From positions 224,001 to 288,000 of the forward strand of contig CAVYCN010000002.1 in the NCBI GenBank assembly GCA_963767005.1: a stretch of 64,000 nucleotides of DNA, written 5' to 3'. Each line of letters begins with the position of its first letter. Position 1 is the stretch's first letter. The notes beneath the pieces are model-generated. The model worked only from the letters and a program-made list of their open reading frames with translations. It was not told the DNA's origin and did no database searches. Below are positions 38,406-48,217 of this stretch, piece after piece. The stretch is from an uncultured Actinomycetes bacterium. GTDB lineage: Bacteria > Actinomycetota > Thermoleophilia > UBA2241. The translations under genes were made by a program, and so were the position numbers.

Positions 38406-39505
38406 AGACCGTGGTCGTGAAGCTGGGCTCGAGCACGGTGGCCGACGGCCGCGGCAGGCTGCGCCGCGCCGTGCTGGCGGCGCGGGTGGCCGAAGTGGCC
38501 GCCCTGGCCACCGACGGCCACCGCGTGGTCGTGGTCTCGAGTGGCGCGATCGCCTGTGGGCAGAGCGCGCTCGGTCTGCGCGAGCGGCCCGAACGCATGG
38601 CCGAGCTGCAGGCGGCGTCGGCCGTGGGCCAGGGCCGCCTGTTCGCGGCCTACGCCCGGCTCTGCGCCGGGCACGACCTGACCGCGGCGCAGGTGCTGCT
38701 CACGAGCACCGATTTCGCCCAGCGCATCAGCTACGTAAACGCGCGCGCCACGCTGCGCCGCCTGCTGGCCTGGCGCATCGTGCCGATCGTCAACGAGAAC
38801 GACACGACGGCGACCGACGAGATCGGCTTCGGCGACAACGACGTTCTGGCCGCCCAGGTAGCGATCATGCTGCGCGCCGACTTGCTCCTGCTGCTCACCG
38901 ACCGCGACGGCCTCTACACGTCCGACCCGAGGCGCGATCCCGGCGCGCGACCGATCGCCGTGCTCGGCTCCGACGACGACCTCGTGGGCGTGAGCTGGCG
39001 CTCCGCCAAGCGCGGCGCCGGCGGTATGAGCGGCAAGACGGCCGCCGCCCTCATGGCGGCCGGTGCCGGCGTGCGCGCCGTGATCGCCCGCGGCGAGCGC
39101 GAGGGCGTGATCGCCGACGCGCTCGCCGGACGCCCGGTGGGCACGGTGGCGCCGGCGCGGCGCAAGGACGATTCCGCCTTCAAGCTCTGGTTGCGCTACG
39201 CCAAGCCCGTGCGCGGCACCCTCGAGGTCGACGACGGCGCGGCGCGCGCCCTGGCCGAGGCCGGCGGCAGCCTCTTGCCGGTGGGCGTCACCGGGGTGCA
39301 CGGCGCCTTCGCGGCCGGCGACGCGGTCTCGGTCGTGCGCCCAGGGCGCGGCGAGATCGCTCGCGGCCTCGCCGCGATCGGGGCGCGCGACCTGCGGCGC
39401 GTCGCCGGCCTGCGCAGCGCCGAGGCGCGCCGTCTCGTGCCGCACGCGGGCGAAGAGGTCGTGCATCGCGACCATCTGGTGCTGATCGACGAGGAGGACA
39501 CGTGA
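38402..39505 (+). CDS. proB: Glutamate 5-kinase
   Basis: VVKLGSS, VSSGAI, NENDT, FGDND and GGMSGK motifs plus a PUA domain. Confidence 0.95.
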   Translation: MKTVVVKLGSSTVADGRGRLRRAVLAARVAEVAALATDGHRVVVVSSGAIACGQSALGLRERPERMAELQAASAVGQGRLFAAYARLCAGHDLTAAQVLLTSTDFAQRISYVNARATLRRLLAWRIVPIVNENDTTATDEIGFGDNDVLAAQVAIMLRADLLLLLTDRDGLYTSDPRRDPGARPIAVLGSDDDLVGVSWRSAKRGAGGMSGKTAAALMAAGAGVRAVIARGEREGVIADALAGRPVGTVAPARRKDDSAFKLWLRYAKPVRGTLEVDDGAARALAEAGGSLLPVGVTGVHGAFAAGDAVSVVRPGRGEIARGLAAIGARDLRRVAGLRSAEARRLVPHAGEEVVHRDHLVLIDEEDT

Positions 39506-40749
39506 CGGTCGAGGAACAGGTCCGCAAGGCGAGAGCGGCGTCGCGCACGCTGGCGGCGCTGTCGCGCGCCGACAAGGACGAGGCCCTCGTGCTCATCGCC
39601 GAGGCGCTCGACCGCCGCGCCGGCGAGATCCTCGCCGAGAACGCCGAGGACGTCGCGCTCGCGCGCGCGAGCAAGCTGAGCTCGGCCCTGGTCGATCGTC
39701 TGTACCTGGACGAGGACCGTCTGCGCGACGTCGCGCGCAGCGTGCGCGAGATCGCTGCGCTGCCCGATCCGGTGGGCGAGACCGAGGAGGGGCGTCGCCT
39801 GCCCAACGGCCTCGAGCTCACCCGCCTGCGCGTGCCGCTCGGCGTGGTCGCTGTCGTCTACGAGGCGCGGCCCAACGTGACGGTCGACGCCGCCGCCCTG
39901 TGCCTCAAGTCGGGCAACGCGGTGGTGCTGCGCGGCGGCAGCGCGGCCAAGCACTCCAACCGCATGCTCGCCGAGGTGGTGCAGGGCGCCATCCTCGAGG
40001 CCGGCCTGCCGGCCGAGGCCGTGGCCTTCGTCGCCGGCCCGCGCGAGGTGCTGCTCGAGCTCGTGGCGCTCAAGGATCTCATCGACGTGGTCATCCCGCG
40101 CGGCGGCGACGAGCTCAAAGAGCTGCTCGCCGAGCATAGCCGCGTGCCCGTGATCGCGGCCGCCGGCGGCAACTGTCACGTGTACGTCGACGCGGCCGCC
40201 GATCTCGACATGGCGCTCGCCGTGACGGTCAACGCAAAGTGCCAGCGGCCCGGCGTCTGCAACGCCGCCGAGACCCTGCTCGTGCACCGCGCGGTCGCGG
40301 CGCGGTTCCTGCCACCGGCCGTGGCCGAGCTCCAGCGCCGCGGCGTCGAGCTCGTCGTCGACCGTCCGACGAGCGAGTTCGTGCCGGACCAGACGCTCAA
40401 GCGGGCCAACCGCACGCACTACGAGACTGAGTTCCTCGACCTCAAGATGGCCGTGCGGGTGGTCGACTCGCTCGACGAGGCCATCGACCACATCGCGACG
40501 TTCGGCAGCGGCCATTCCGAGGCGATCCTCACCGGCGACCTCGAGGCCGCGCGCCGCTTCGCCCGCGAGGTCGACGCGGCCGCCGTCTACGTGAACGCCT
40601 CGACCCGCTTCACCGACGGCGCGCAGTTCGGTCTGGGCGCCGAGATGGGCATCTCCACGCAGAAGCTGCACGTCCGCGGCCCCATCTCGCTGCGCGAGCT
40701 CACCTGCCTCAAGTACGTCGCCTGGGGCGATGGTCAGGTGCGCGGGTAG
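39502..40749 (+). CDS. proA: Gamma-glutamyl phosphate reductase
   Basis: YEARPNVT, PGVCNAAET, VNASTRFTDG and STQKLH motifs. Confidence 0.96.
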   Translation: MTVEEQVRKARAASRTLAALSRADKDEALVLIAEALDRRAGEILAENAEDVALARASKLSSALVDRLYLDEDRLRDVARSVREIAALPDPVGETEEGRRLPNGLELTRLRVPLGVVAVVYEARPNVTVDAAALCLKSGNAVVLRGGSAAKHSNRMLAEVVQGAILEAGLPAEAVAFVAGPREVLLELVALKDLIDVVIPRGGDELKELLAEHSRVPVIAAAGGNCHVYVDAAADLDMALAVTVNAKCQRPGVCNAAETLLVHRAVAARFLPPAVAELQRRGVELVVDRPTSEFVPDQTLKRANRTHYETEFLDLKMAVRVVDSLDEAIDHIATFGSGHSEAILTGDLEAARRFAREVDAAAVYVNASTRFTDGAQFGLGAEMGISTQKLHVRGPISLRELTCLKYVAWGDGQVRG

Positions 40750-40761
40750 GGCGGCTCCGAA

Positions 40762-41400
40762 GTGACGGCGCTGCGGGCCATCGGCGTGCTGGGCGGCAGC
40801 TTCAACCCGCCGCACGTCGGCCACCTTGCGATCGCCTCCGACGCGGCCGCCGCCCTCGACCTCGAGCAGGTCCTGTTCGTGCCGGCGGCGGCGCCGCCCC
40901 ACAAGGACGTGGCCGACGACGTGCCCGCGGCCGTGCGCCTCGAGATGACGCGTCTCGCCGTCGACGACGATGAGCGCTTTGCGACGTCGGCGGTCGAGAT
41001 CGAGCTCGGGCTGCGCTTCACGAGCGACACGCTCGCCGCACTCGCCGCGCGCCGTCCGGGCCACGAGCTCGTCTTCATTGGCGGCTCCGACACCCTGTTG
41101 CAGCTCGAGACCTGGCACGAGCCCGGGGCCATCCTCGAGCGGGCGCGGCTCGTGGTCGCTCCGCGTCCCGGCGACGCCCCCGCGGCGATCGAGCGGGCCG
41201 TGGCGCGGTGGGGGAGGGGCCGGGCGACGATCCTGCCGAGCGTGGCCATCGACATCTCCTCGAGCATGGTCCGGGCCCGGGTGCGGGCCGGACGGCCGAT
41301 CCGCTACCTCGTGCCGCCCGCGGTCGAGCGCTTCATCGAGGAGCGCGGGCTGTACCGCTCACCGTCGACCCATCCGTCTCCGGCCGCGGCGGGCTCGTGA
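40762..41400 (+). CDS. nadD: Nicotinate-nucleotide adenylyltransferase
   Basis: GGSFNPPHVGH, PPHK and ISSSMVR motifs. Confidence 0.94.
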   Translation: MTALRAIGVLGGSFNPPHVGHLAIASDAAAALDLEQVLFVPAAAPPHKDVADDVPAAVRLEMTRLAVDDDERFATSAVEIELGLRFTSDTLAALAARRPGHELVFIGGSDTLLQLETWHEPGAILERARLVVAPRPGDAPAAIERAVARWGRGRATILPSVAIDISSSMVRARVRAGRPIRYLVPPAVERFIEERGLYRSPSTHPSPAAAGS

Positions 41401-41978
41401 CGTCACCTCTCATGGAGGAGCGCCGTCGTGCCGAACAGATGCTCGAGGCACGCGGACTCTCGGAGAGCCTCGTCGAGCACTGTCGCGGCACGGCGCGCCA
41501 GGCCGAGGCGCTCGCCCGGCGCTGGGGCGCCTCGCCCGACGACGCCGTCACGGCGGGCCTGCTGCACGACCTGTGTCGCGAGCTGCCGCGGCAGGAAGTC
41601 CTCGCGCTCTCGCGAAAGCACGGACTCGAGACCGACCCTATCGAGGAGGAGTACGCGGTGCAGTTGCTGCACGCCCGACTGGCCGCCGCCGAAGCGGGTG
41701 CGGCCGGCTTCTCGCCGGCCGTGGTCGAGGCCATCGCCCGGCACACGCTGGGCGGGCCGGGCATGAGCGCGCTCGACGCCTGTGTCTATGTGGCCGACGC
41801 GACCGAGCCCGGGCGCACCTGGAAAGGGGTCGACGACGTGCGCCGTCTCGCCCTCGAGTCGCTCGACGGCGCCGTGCTGACCCTGGTCGAGCGCGACGTG
41901 GCCCGCCTGCGCGAGCGCGGCCGGGCGCCCCACCCGCTCATGCTGGCGCTGCTCGAGGAGCGACGTGCCGGGCGCTGA
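41397..41978 (+). CDS. yqeK: HD-domain Ap4A hydrolase YqeK-like
   Basis: H...GLLHD...LLH...HT...VADATEPGR; follows nadD. Confidence 0.8.
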   Translation: MTSPLMEERRRAEQMLEARGLSESLVEHCRGTARQAEALARRWGASPDDAVTAGLLHDLCRELPRQEVLALSRKHGLETDPIEEEYAVQLLHARLAAAEAGAAGFSPAVVEAIARHTLGGPGMSALDACVYVADATEPGRTWKGVDDVRRLALESLDGAVLTLVERDVARLRERGRAPHPLMLALLEERRAGR

Positions 41979-43110
41979 GGGCTATCGCGCGAAGCGGCTG
42001 GCCGCGCGGCGCAGCCGGCGCTGGGGCGCCTACCAGAACCTGGCGCTCTACGCCCTCGCGGCCGCCGTCGCCTTCGGCGCGGTGCTGGGCGCCGTGCACC
42101 TGGCTCACTCCCTGCGCCAGCATCACGTGCTGCCGAGCGCCGCGAACTACCTCGCGCTGGTGCAGGTCGGCGGCGGCCGCGACGGCTCGCCGACGGCCGC
42201 CGTGCTCGTCAACAACGCCGCTCAGGGCACGACCACGCTCTACACGATCCCGCCCGACCTGCTGCTCACGAGCGCGAGCGGCGAGTACATGATGGCCGGC
42301 GACGTGGCGGCCGAGGACGAGCTGCCCTCGTACCTGGCACGCCTGCTCGGCGCGTCGCTCAGCTACCGGCTCCACCTCTCGTACGCCGACCTTGGCCGCC
42401 TGGCCGGAGGCGGCGCTCTCACGGTCACCGCGCCGACGCCCTTCAGCCTGCAGATGGGCAGCGTCTCCCGGCTCTTCGGGGGCAGCTTCGCGCTGCCGGC
42501 TGCTCAGCTGCGCACCGTGCTGACCGCGGCCGGCAAGGGCGACGGTGACCAGGCGAGCGCCCAGGTCGCGGTCGTGGGCGCGGTGCTGTCGGCGGCCGCC
42601 GCGGTGCCCCAGTCACGGCGCTCGGCGACGATCGACAAGCTGGCCGGCGAGCAGAAGGGCATCGCCAGAGTCGACGCCCGCGACCTGCTGCGCACGCTGG
42701 TGTCGGGGCGCGTCACGGTCGCCCGCCTGCCGTCGGTCGGGCAGGTCTCCTACGGCCAGTTCGCCTGGCGACCCGACCCGGCGGCCATCATGGCGCAGAT
42801 CACCCGCGACGCGCGGGGCTTCGTGGCGCCCTACACCGTGATCGTCGAGAACGGCTCGGGCGCCGTCGGCATCGGCCGGCTCGTGGTCGCCCAGCTCGCG
42901 AGCATGGACGTCAACCTGCCGGCCGTGCGCAACGCGAGCTCGTTCGACTACCAGGACACGCAGATCGAGGCGGGCTCGAAGGCCTTCGGGGTGGCCACGC
43001 AGGTGCGTGCTATACTCGGCCACGGCGTCGTCCTGACCGGCAGCGGGTTGCCGGCTACGACGGTGATCGTCATCGTCGGCAAGGACATCACGGCAAAGGA
43101 CCTGCAGTAG
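41965..43110 (+). CDS. LCP/LytR C-terminal domain membrane protein
   Basis: N-terminal TM; C-terminal VENGSG...VIVGKD (LytR_C); nadD-yqeK-LCP-rsfS synteny. Confidence 0.7.
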   Translation: MPGAEGYRAKRLAARRSRRWGAYQNLALYALAAAVAFGAVLGAVHLAHSLRQHHVLPSAANYLALVQVGGGRDGSPTAAVLVNNAAQGTTTLYTIPPDLLLTSASGEYMMAGDVAAEDELPSYLARLLGASLSYRLHLSYADLGRLAGGGALTVTAPTPFSLQMGSVSRLFGGSFALPAAQLRTVLTAAGKGDGDQASAQVAVVGAVLSAAAAVPQSRRSATIDKLAGEQKGIARVDARDLLRTLVSGRVTVARLPSVGQVSYGQFAWRPDPAAIMAQITRDARGFVAPYTVIVENGSGAVGIGRLVVAQLASMDVNLPAVRNASSFDYQDTQIEAGSKAFGVATQVRAILGHGVVLTGSGLPATTVIVIVGKDITAKDLQ

Positions 43111-43508
43111 CAGCAGCCGATCAGAACGAGCGCACGCTGGACCTGGTCCGCCGGGCCGTGCAGCTCGCCGCCGACAAGAAGGCCCACGAGCCCGTCGTGC
43201 TCGACATGGCCGACGCGGTCGGCTACACCGACTACTTCGTCATCGTGAGCGGCGGCAGCACGCGTCAGGCCAAGGCGATCGCCGACGCCATCGTCGAGGG
43301 CCTGCGCGTCGCGGGGGCGCGGCCGGCGCGCTCCGAGGGCGAACGCGAGGCCGAGTGGATCCTGCTCGACTATCTCGACCTCGTCGTGCACATCTTCACC
43401 CCCGGGGCGCGCGACTTCTACCGGCTCGAGGCCCTCTGGCGCGACGTGCCGCGGGTCACGGTCGCCGTCGATCCCCCAGACCAAAGCAGCGCTTCGAGCA
43501 GCGGCTGA
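43107..43508 (+). CDS. rsfS: Ribosome silencing factor (start uncertain, 43107-43158)
   Basis: DKKA, DYFVIVSG, WILLDY, VVHIF, RDFYRLE and LW motifs. Confidence 0.92.
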   Translation, partial: VAAADQNERTLDLVRRAVQLAADKKAHEPVVLDMADAVGYTDYFVIVSGGSTRQAKAIADAIVEGLRVAGARPARSEGEREAEWILLDYLDLVVHIFTPGARDFYRLEALWRDVPRVTVAVDPPDQSSASSSG

Positions 43509-43649
43509 AGCTTCGGGGCGGCGGGGGAGGGGCGGCCGGCTCCGGGACCGACCTTCCGCAGGGCTGCGCGGTCGACCCTCCGCAGCGCCCTCCACGATCG
43601 TCAACCGAGAAAGCGCCATCCGACGCTGTCACTCCTCCCCGGCCGCGGG

Positions 43650-43670
43650 TATACTACGAACGTATGTTCG
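43650..43670 (+). promoter_or_regulatory. dinB -10 box and SOS box
   Basis: TATACT (43650), then CGAACGTATGTTCG overlapping ATG 43664. Confidence 0.85.
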
Positions 43671-44842
43671 TTTCAGCGCCGTCCATCATCCACATCGACA
43701 TGGACGCCTTCTTCGCGTCGGTCGAGCAAGCACGCCGTCCCGAGTTGCGCGGCAAGCCCGTCATCGTCGGCGGTCGGGCCGAACGGCGCAGCGTGGTGGC
43801 CACCGCCTCCTACGAAGCACGGGCCTGCGGCGTGCGCACCGCCATGCCGATCGCCCGGGCGCGGCGCCTGTGCCCGCAAGGGGTGTACCTGCCCACCGAC
43901 CTGCACGCCTACACGGCCGTGCATCGCGAGCTGCTCGAGCTGTTCGGCCGCTTCACCGACCTGGTCGAACCGGTGTCCATCGACGAAGCTGTCCTCGACG
44001 TCGCCGGCAGCCGCCGGCTCTTCGGGCCGCCACGGGCCATCGCCGGCCGCATCCAGGAGCTCGTCTACGATGAGCACGGCCTCACCTGCACGCTGGGCGT
44101 CGCCCCCAACAAGCTGCTCGCCAAGCTCGCCGCCAACCTGAACAAACCGGCCGGCATCGGCGTGCTCGACGAAGCCGACGTCCACGGCCGGCTGCGCGAC
44201 CTGCCGGTCGGCGAGCTCTACGGGGTCGGACCGGTCACGCAGGAGCGCCTGCACTCCCTCGGCCTCACCACCGTGGGCATGCTGCAAGACGTCCCCCTGT
44301 CGTTCCTCGCGGCGGCCTTCGGTCGGGGCGCGCGGCCGCTCAAGCAGCTCGCCTTCGGCCGCAGCCTGTCGTCCGTGCGGTCCGCGGCCGCGGCGCCCGC
44401 GTCCATGGGCCACGAGACCACCTTCGCCGTCGACACCGCCGAGCCCGTCGTCCTGCGGGGCGCCCTGCTCGCGCTGACCGACCAGCTCATGACGCGGCTG
44501 CGCGGGCACCACTACGCCGCCCGCACGGTGACCCTCAAGGTGCGCGACGGCTCCTTCCACACCTTCGAGCGTCACGTCACGCTGCCGCGCGCGACCACGA
44601 GCACCCGCGTCGTCTACGACGCCGTCGCCGGTCTGCTCGATGCCGTCGACCTCGGCCCCCGGCGCGTCCGCTTGCTCGGCGTCGCGGTGAGCGGCATCGT
44701 GAGCGGCGCCTGGCAGCTCACCTTCGACGACGGCTGGAAACACCTCGCCGTCGACGAGGCGGTCGACGCCGTGCGGGCCCGGTTCGGCAGCCGTGCCATC
44801 CGTCCAGCCGCCACCTGCACAGCCGGCGTGGGCTTGTGCTAG
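43664..44842 (+). CDS. dinB: DNA polymerase IV
   Basis: HIDMDAFFASVE, ASYEAR, SIDEA and NKLLAKLA motifs. Confidence 0.95.
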   Translation: MFVSAPSIIHIDMDAFFASVEQARRPELRGKPVIVGGRAERRSVVATASYEARACGVRTAMPIARARRLCPQGVYLPTDLHAYTAVHRELLELFGRFTDLVEPVSIDEAVLDVAGSRRLFGPPRAIAGRIQELVYDEHGLTCTLGVAPNKLLAKLAANLNKPAGIGVLDEADVHGRLRDLPVGELYGVGPVTQERLHSLGLTTVGMLQDVPLSFLAAAFGRGARPLKQLAFGRSLSSVRSAAAAPASMGHETTFAVDTAEPVVLRGALLALTDQLMTRLRGHHYAARTVTLKVRDGSFHTFERHVTLPRATTSTRVVYDAVAGLLDAVDLGPRRVRLLGVAVSGIVSGAWQLTFDDGWKHLAVDEAVDAVRARFGSRAIRPAATCTAGVGLC

Positions 44843-44845
44843 ACT

Positions 44846-45015
44846 CCTGCGGTTGCGGGCACGAGTCCCGAACCTCTGAGCACCCTCCGGTCCGGTCGCG
44901 CCGGGCAGCCGCCGGGCGTTTGGCCACGCCGCCTTCAGGCGGTCGGCGGGGGTACGGGCACGAGTGCCGCCAGACGAAAGGCAGGACGTCCGGGCCCATG
45001 ACGCAGGCACAGCCG
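44846..45015 (+). ncRNA. Candidate structured ncRNA (6S/Ms1-like?)
   Basis: ~300-nt intergenic gap with an extended -10 (TGnTAGACT) at the dinB stop; end-to-end complementarity cctgcg/cgcagg, gggc/gccc, gtcc/ggac; internal hairpins. Confidence 0.3.
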
Positions 45016-45149
45016 ACACGGAGGTCTGTCCCCCACGGGGGCTCATCCGGCCGCCATCCGGTCAGCATCTCGCCGCGCGCGACAGTCGACCGTCGCGCGC
45101 GTTTGCGCTGCGCCCTGGGCCCGCACGCAAGCGATCCGAGGAGACCAGC

Positions 45150-47222
45150 ATGAACGAACCCGGCAAGATCAGGAACGTCGCGCTCGTGGGCCACCGCGGC
45201 ACAGGCAAGACGTCGCTGCTCGAGGCGCTCCTGTTTCGCGCCGGCGCCATCAACCGCCTCGGCAAGATCGAGGACGGCAGCACCGTGGGCGACTGGGACG
45301 ACGACGAGAAGCGCCGCCAGCTCAGCCTCGCCTCGTCGCTCGCCCACGTCGAGCACGGCGGGCTCACCTACAACCTCATCGACACCCCCGGCGATCCGAG
45401 CTTTCAGGCCGACACGATCGGCGCGCTGCGCGTCGTCGAGACCGCCCTCGTCGTCGTCAACGCCGTGATGGGCGTCGAGGTGCAGACCGAGCGCCTCTGG
45501 TCGCGGGCCGCCGACGCCGGCCGGGCCCGAGTGCTGTTCTGCAACATGCTCGACCGCGAGCGGGCCGACTTCGATCGCTGCCTGGGCAGCCTGCGCGAGG
45601 CCTTCGGCCACGAGGTCGTGGCGGTGCAGCTTCCGATCGGCGCCGAGCACGACTTCGCCGGCGTCGTCGACGTCCTCAAGATGAAGGCCTACATGCTCGA
45701 CGGCCAGAAGGTCGTCGAGGGCGACGTGCCGGCCGACCTCGCCGATCGCGCCAAAGAGCTGCGCGACGCGCTCACCGAGGTCGTCGCCGAGTCCAGCGAC
45801 GAGCTCACCGAGAAGTTCCTCATGGAGGAGGAGATCTCAGACGACGAGCTGCAGCGCGGCTTCGCCGAAGCCGTGCGCGACGCCAAGGTGTTCCCCGTCG
45901 CCGTGGGCTCCGCCACGCATCTCGTCGGCGTCGACCTGCTGCTCGACCTGCTCGCGCTGTCGCCGTCGCCGGCGGCCGCGCCGCCGGCCGTGGCGCTCGC
46001 CGCCGACGGCGCCGAGGTCGAGTTCCCGTGCGATCCCGACGCCGCGCCGGCTGCCTTCGTGTTCAAGACGGTGGCCGACCCGTTCAGCGGCCGCATCAAC
46101 ATCTTCCGCGTCTTCAGCGGCGCTATCGGCAGCGACAGCAACCTCACGGTGGCGCGCGACGGCCACAAGGAGCGCGTCGGCGCGCTGCTCAAGCAGCAGG
46201 GCAAAGAGACCAAGCCGGCCGACAAGCTCGCGGCCGGCGATATCGGCGCCGTGGCCAAGCTCAAGGACGTCGTCACCGGCGACACGCTGTCGGCCGACGG
46301 CGCCGCCGCCTTCCCGGCCATCGGGTATCCCGCGCCGCTCATGTCGTTCGCCGTCAAGGCCAAGACCAAGGGCGACGAAGACAAGGTCGTGAGCGCCCTG
46401 CGGCGGCTCGCCGAAGAAGACCGCATGGTCCACGTGCAGCGCGACGCCCAGACCGGCGAGATGATCGTCTCGGGCATGAGCCAGGTGCACGTCGAGGTCA
46501 CGGTCGAGCGCATGAGGCGCCGCTTCAACGTCGACGTCGACCTCAAGCCGCCGCGTGTGCCCTATCGCGAGACGATCCGCGGCTCGGCCAAGGCGCAGGG
46601 CAAGCACAAAAAGCAGACCGGCGGCCGCGGCCAGTTCGCCGACACCTGGATGGAGGTCGCCCCGCTCTCCGGCGACGACGACTTCGCGTTCGTCGACAAG
46701 ATCGTCGGCGGCGCCATCCCGCGCAACTTCATCCCGGCGGTCGAGAAAGGCGTGCGGGCGGCCATGACCGAAGGCTTCCTGGCCGGCTACCCGATGGTCG
46801 GTGTCCAGGTCACCCTCTACGACGGCAAGTACCACCCGGTCGACTCGTCGGACATGGCCTTCCAGATTGCCGGCTCGATCGGCTTCAAGGCGGCCGTCGA
46901 AAAGGCCCAGCCGGTGCTGCTCGAGCCCATCATGAACGTCGAGGTCACCGTGCCCGAAGAAAACGTCGGCGACATCATCGGCGACATGAACTCGCGGCGC
47001 GGCAGGGTGCTCGGCACCACGCCGCGTGGCCACAGCAGCGTGATCGCCGTCGAAGCGCCGCTCGCCGAGATGGTGAGCTACGCGCCCGACCTCACGTCCA
47101 TGACCGGCGGGCGCGGCGACTACCACATGGAGTTCCTGCGCTACGAAGAGGTGCCGGCGCACATGGCTCAGAAGGTCATCGACGAGGCGCGCAAGGCACG
47201 CGAGGAGGCGCAGAAGAGCTAG
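45150..47222 (+). CDS. Elongation factor G-like protein (EF-G2)
   Basis: GHRGTGKT (divergent G1), DTPG, KKQTGGRGQF, HPVDSS and LLEPIM; not in the str operon. Confidence 0.9.
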   Translation: MNEPGKIRNVALVGHRGTGKTSLLEALLFRAGAINRLGKIEDGSTVGDWDDDEKRRQLSLASSLAHVEHGGLTYNLIDTPGDPSFQADTIGALRVVETALVVVNAVMGVEVQTERLWSRAADAGRARVLFCNMLDRERADFDRCLGSLREAFGHEVVAVQLPIGAEHDFAGVVDVLKMKAYMLDGQKVVEGDVPADLADRAKELRDALTEVVAESSDELTEKFLMEEEISDDELQRGFAEAVRDAKVFPVAVGSATHLVGVDLLLDLLALSPSPAAAPPAVALAADGAEVEFPCDPDAAPAAFVFKTVADPFSGRINIFRVFSGAIGSDSNLTVARDGHKERVGALLKQQGKETKPADKLAAGDIGAVAKLKDVVTGDTLSADGAAAFPAIGYPAPLMSFAVKAKTKGDEDKVVSALRRLAEEDRMVHVQRDAQTGEMIVSGMSQVHVEVTVERMRRRFNVDVDLKPPRVPYRETIRGSAKAQGKHKKQTGGRGQFADTWMEVAPLSGDDDFAFVDKIVGGAIPRNFIPAVEKGVRAAMTEGFLAGYPMVGVQVTLYDGKYHPVDSSDMAFQIAGSIGFKAAVEKAQPVLLEPIMNVEVTVPEENVGDIIGDMNSRRGRVLGTTPRGHSSVIAVEAPLAEMVSYAPDLTSMTGGRGDYHMEFLRYEEVPAHMAQKVIDEARKAREEAQKS

Positions 47223-47332
47223 GGCCTCCTGCTCTTTGCCGCAATTTGCGGGTATTTTAGAGGAGTGACCGTTGGAAGCCGGTGCGGGGCTACGGTAGAA
47301 TCGACTCCTCGGGCAAACGACGGAGGTATCCC

Positions 47333-48217
47333 GTGAGCGACATCGGGACGATGCGTGTGAAGAGTGGTCTCGCCGACATGCTGAAGGGCGGCGTGATCAT
47401 GGACGTCACCAACGCCGAGCAGGCGCGGATCGCCGAAGAGGCCGGCGCCTGTGCCGTCATGGCGCTCGAGCGCGTGCCCGCCGACATCCGCCGCGACGGC
47501 GGCGTGGCGCGTATGGCCGACCCCCTCAAGGTCAAGGAGATCCAGGCGACCGTGACCATCCCGGTCATGGCCAAGGCGCGGATCGGTCACTTCGTCGAGG
47601 CCCAGATCCTCGAGGCGCTCGAGGTCGACTACATCGACGAGTCCGAGGTTCTGACGCCGGCCGACGAAGCCAACCACATCGACAAGTTCAAGTTCACGGT
47701 GCCGTTCGTGTGCGGCGCGATCGACCTCGGTCAGGCGCTGCGGCGCATCGGCGAGGGCGCCGCCATGATCCGCACCAAGGGCGAGGCCGGCACCGGCGAC
47801 GTCGTCGAGGCCGTCCGCCACATGCGCACCATCATGGGGCAGATCCGTCGTCTCACCTCCATGGACGAAGACGAGCTCTACAACGCGGCGGCCAAAGACC
47901 TGCTCGCGCCCTACGAGCTCGTGCGCTGGGTTGCCGAGCACGGCAAGCTGCCGGTCGTCAACTTCTCGGCCGGCGGCATCGCGACGCCGGCCGACGCCGC
48001 GCTCATGATGCAGCTCGGGGCCGAGGGCGTGTTCGTCGGCTCGGGCATCTTCAAGAGCGCCGACCCGGCGAGCCGCGCGGTAGCCATCGTGCGCGCCACG
48101 ACCAACTACAACGATCCCGCGGTGCTCGCCGAGGTGTCGGTGGGCCTGGGCGACGCCATGGAGGGCATCGAGGCGGCCAAGATGACCGCCGACCAGAAGA
48201 TCCAGTACCGCGGTTGA
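47333..48217 (+). CDS. pdxS: PLP synthase subunit PdxS
   Basis: [18 protein letters not shown] and [16 protein letters not shown] motifs. Confidence 0.97.
   Translation: MSDIGTMRVKSGLADMLKGGVIMDVTNAEQARIAEEAGACAVMALERVPADIRRDGGVARMADPLKVKEIQATVTIPVMAKARIGHFVEAQILEALEVDYIDESEVLTPADEANHIDKFKFTVPFVCGAIDLGQALRRIGEGAAMIRTKGEAGTGDVVEAVRHMRTIMGQIRRLTSMDEDELYNAAAKDLLAPYELVRWVAEHGKLPVVNFSAGGIATPADAALMMQLGAEGVFVGSGIFKSADPASRAVAIVRATTNYNDPAVLAEVSVGLGDAMEGIEAAKMTADQKIQYRG

Noticed and set aside
44880-44915. SRP RNA (GGTCCGG...GCAGCC resemblance)
   Set aside because: It lacks the GNRA-capped helix 8 with the conserved AGG/AGCAG loop geometry.
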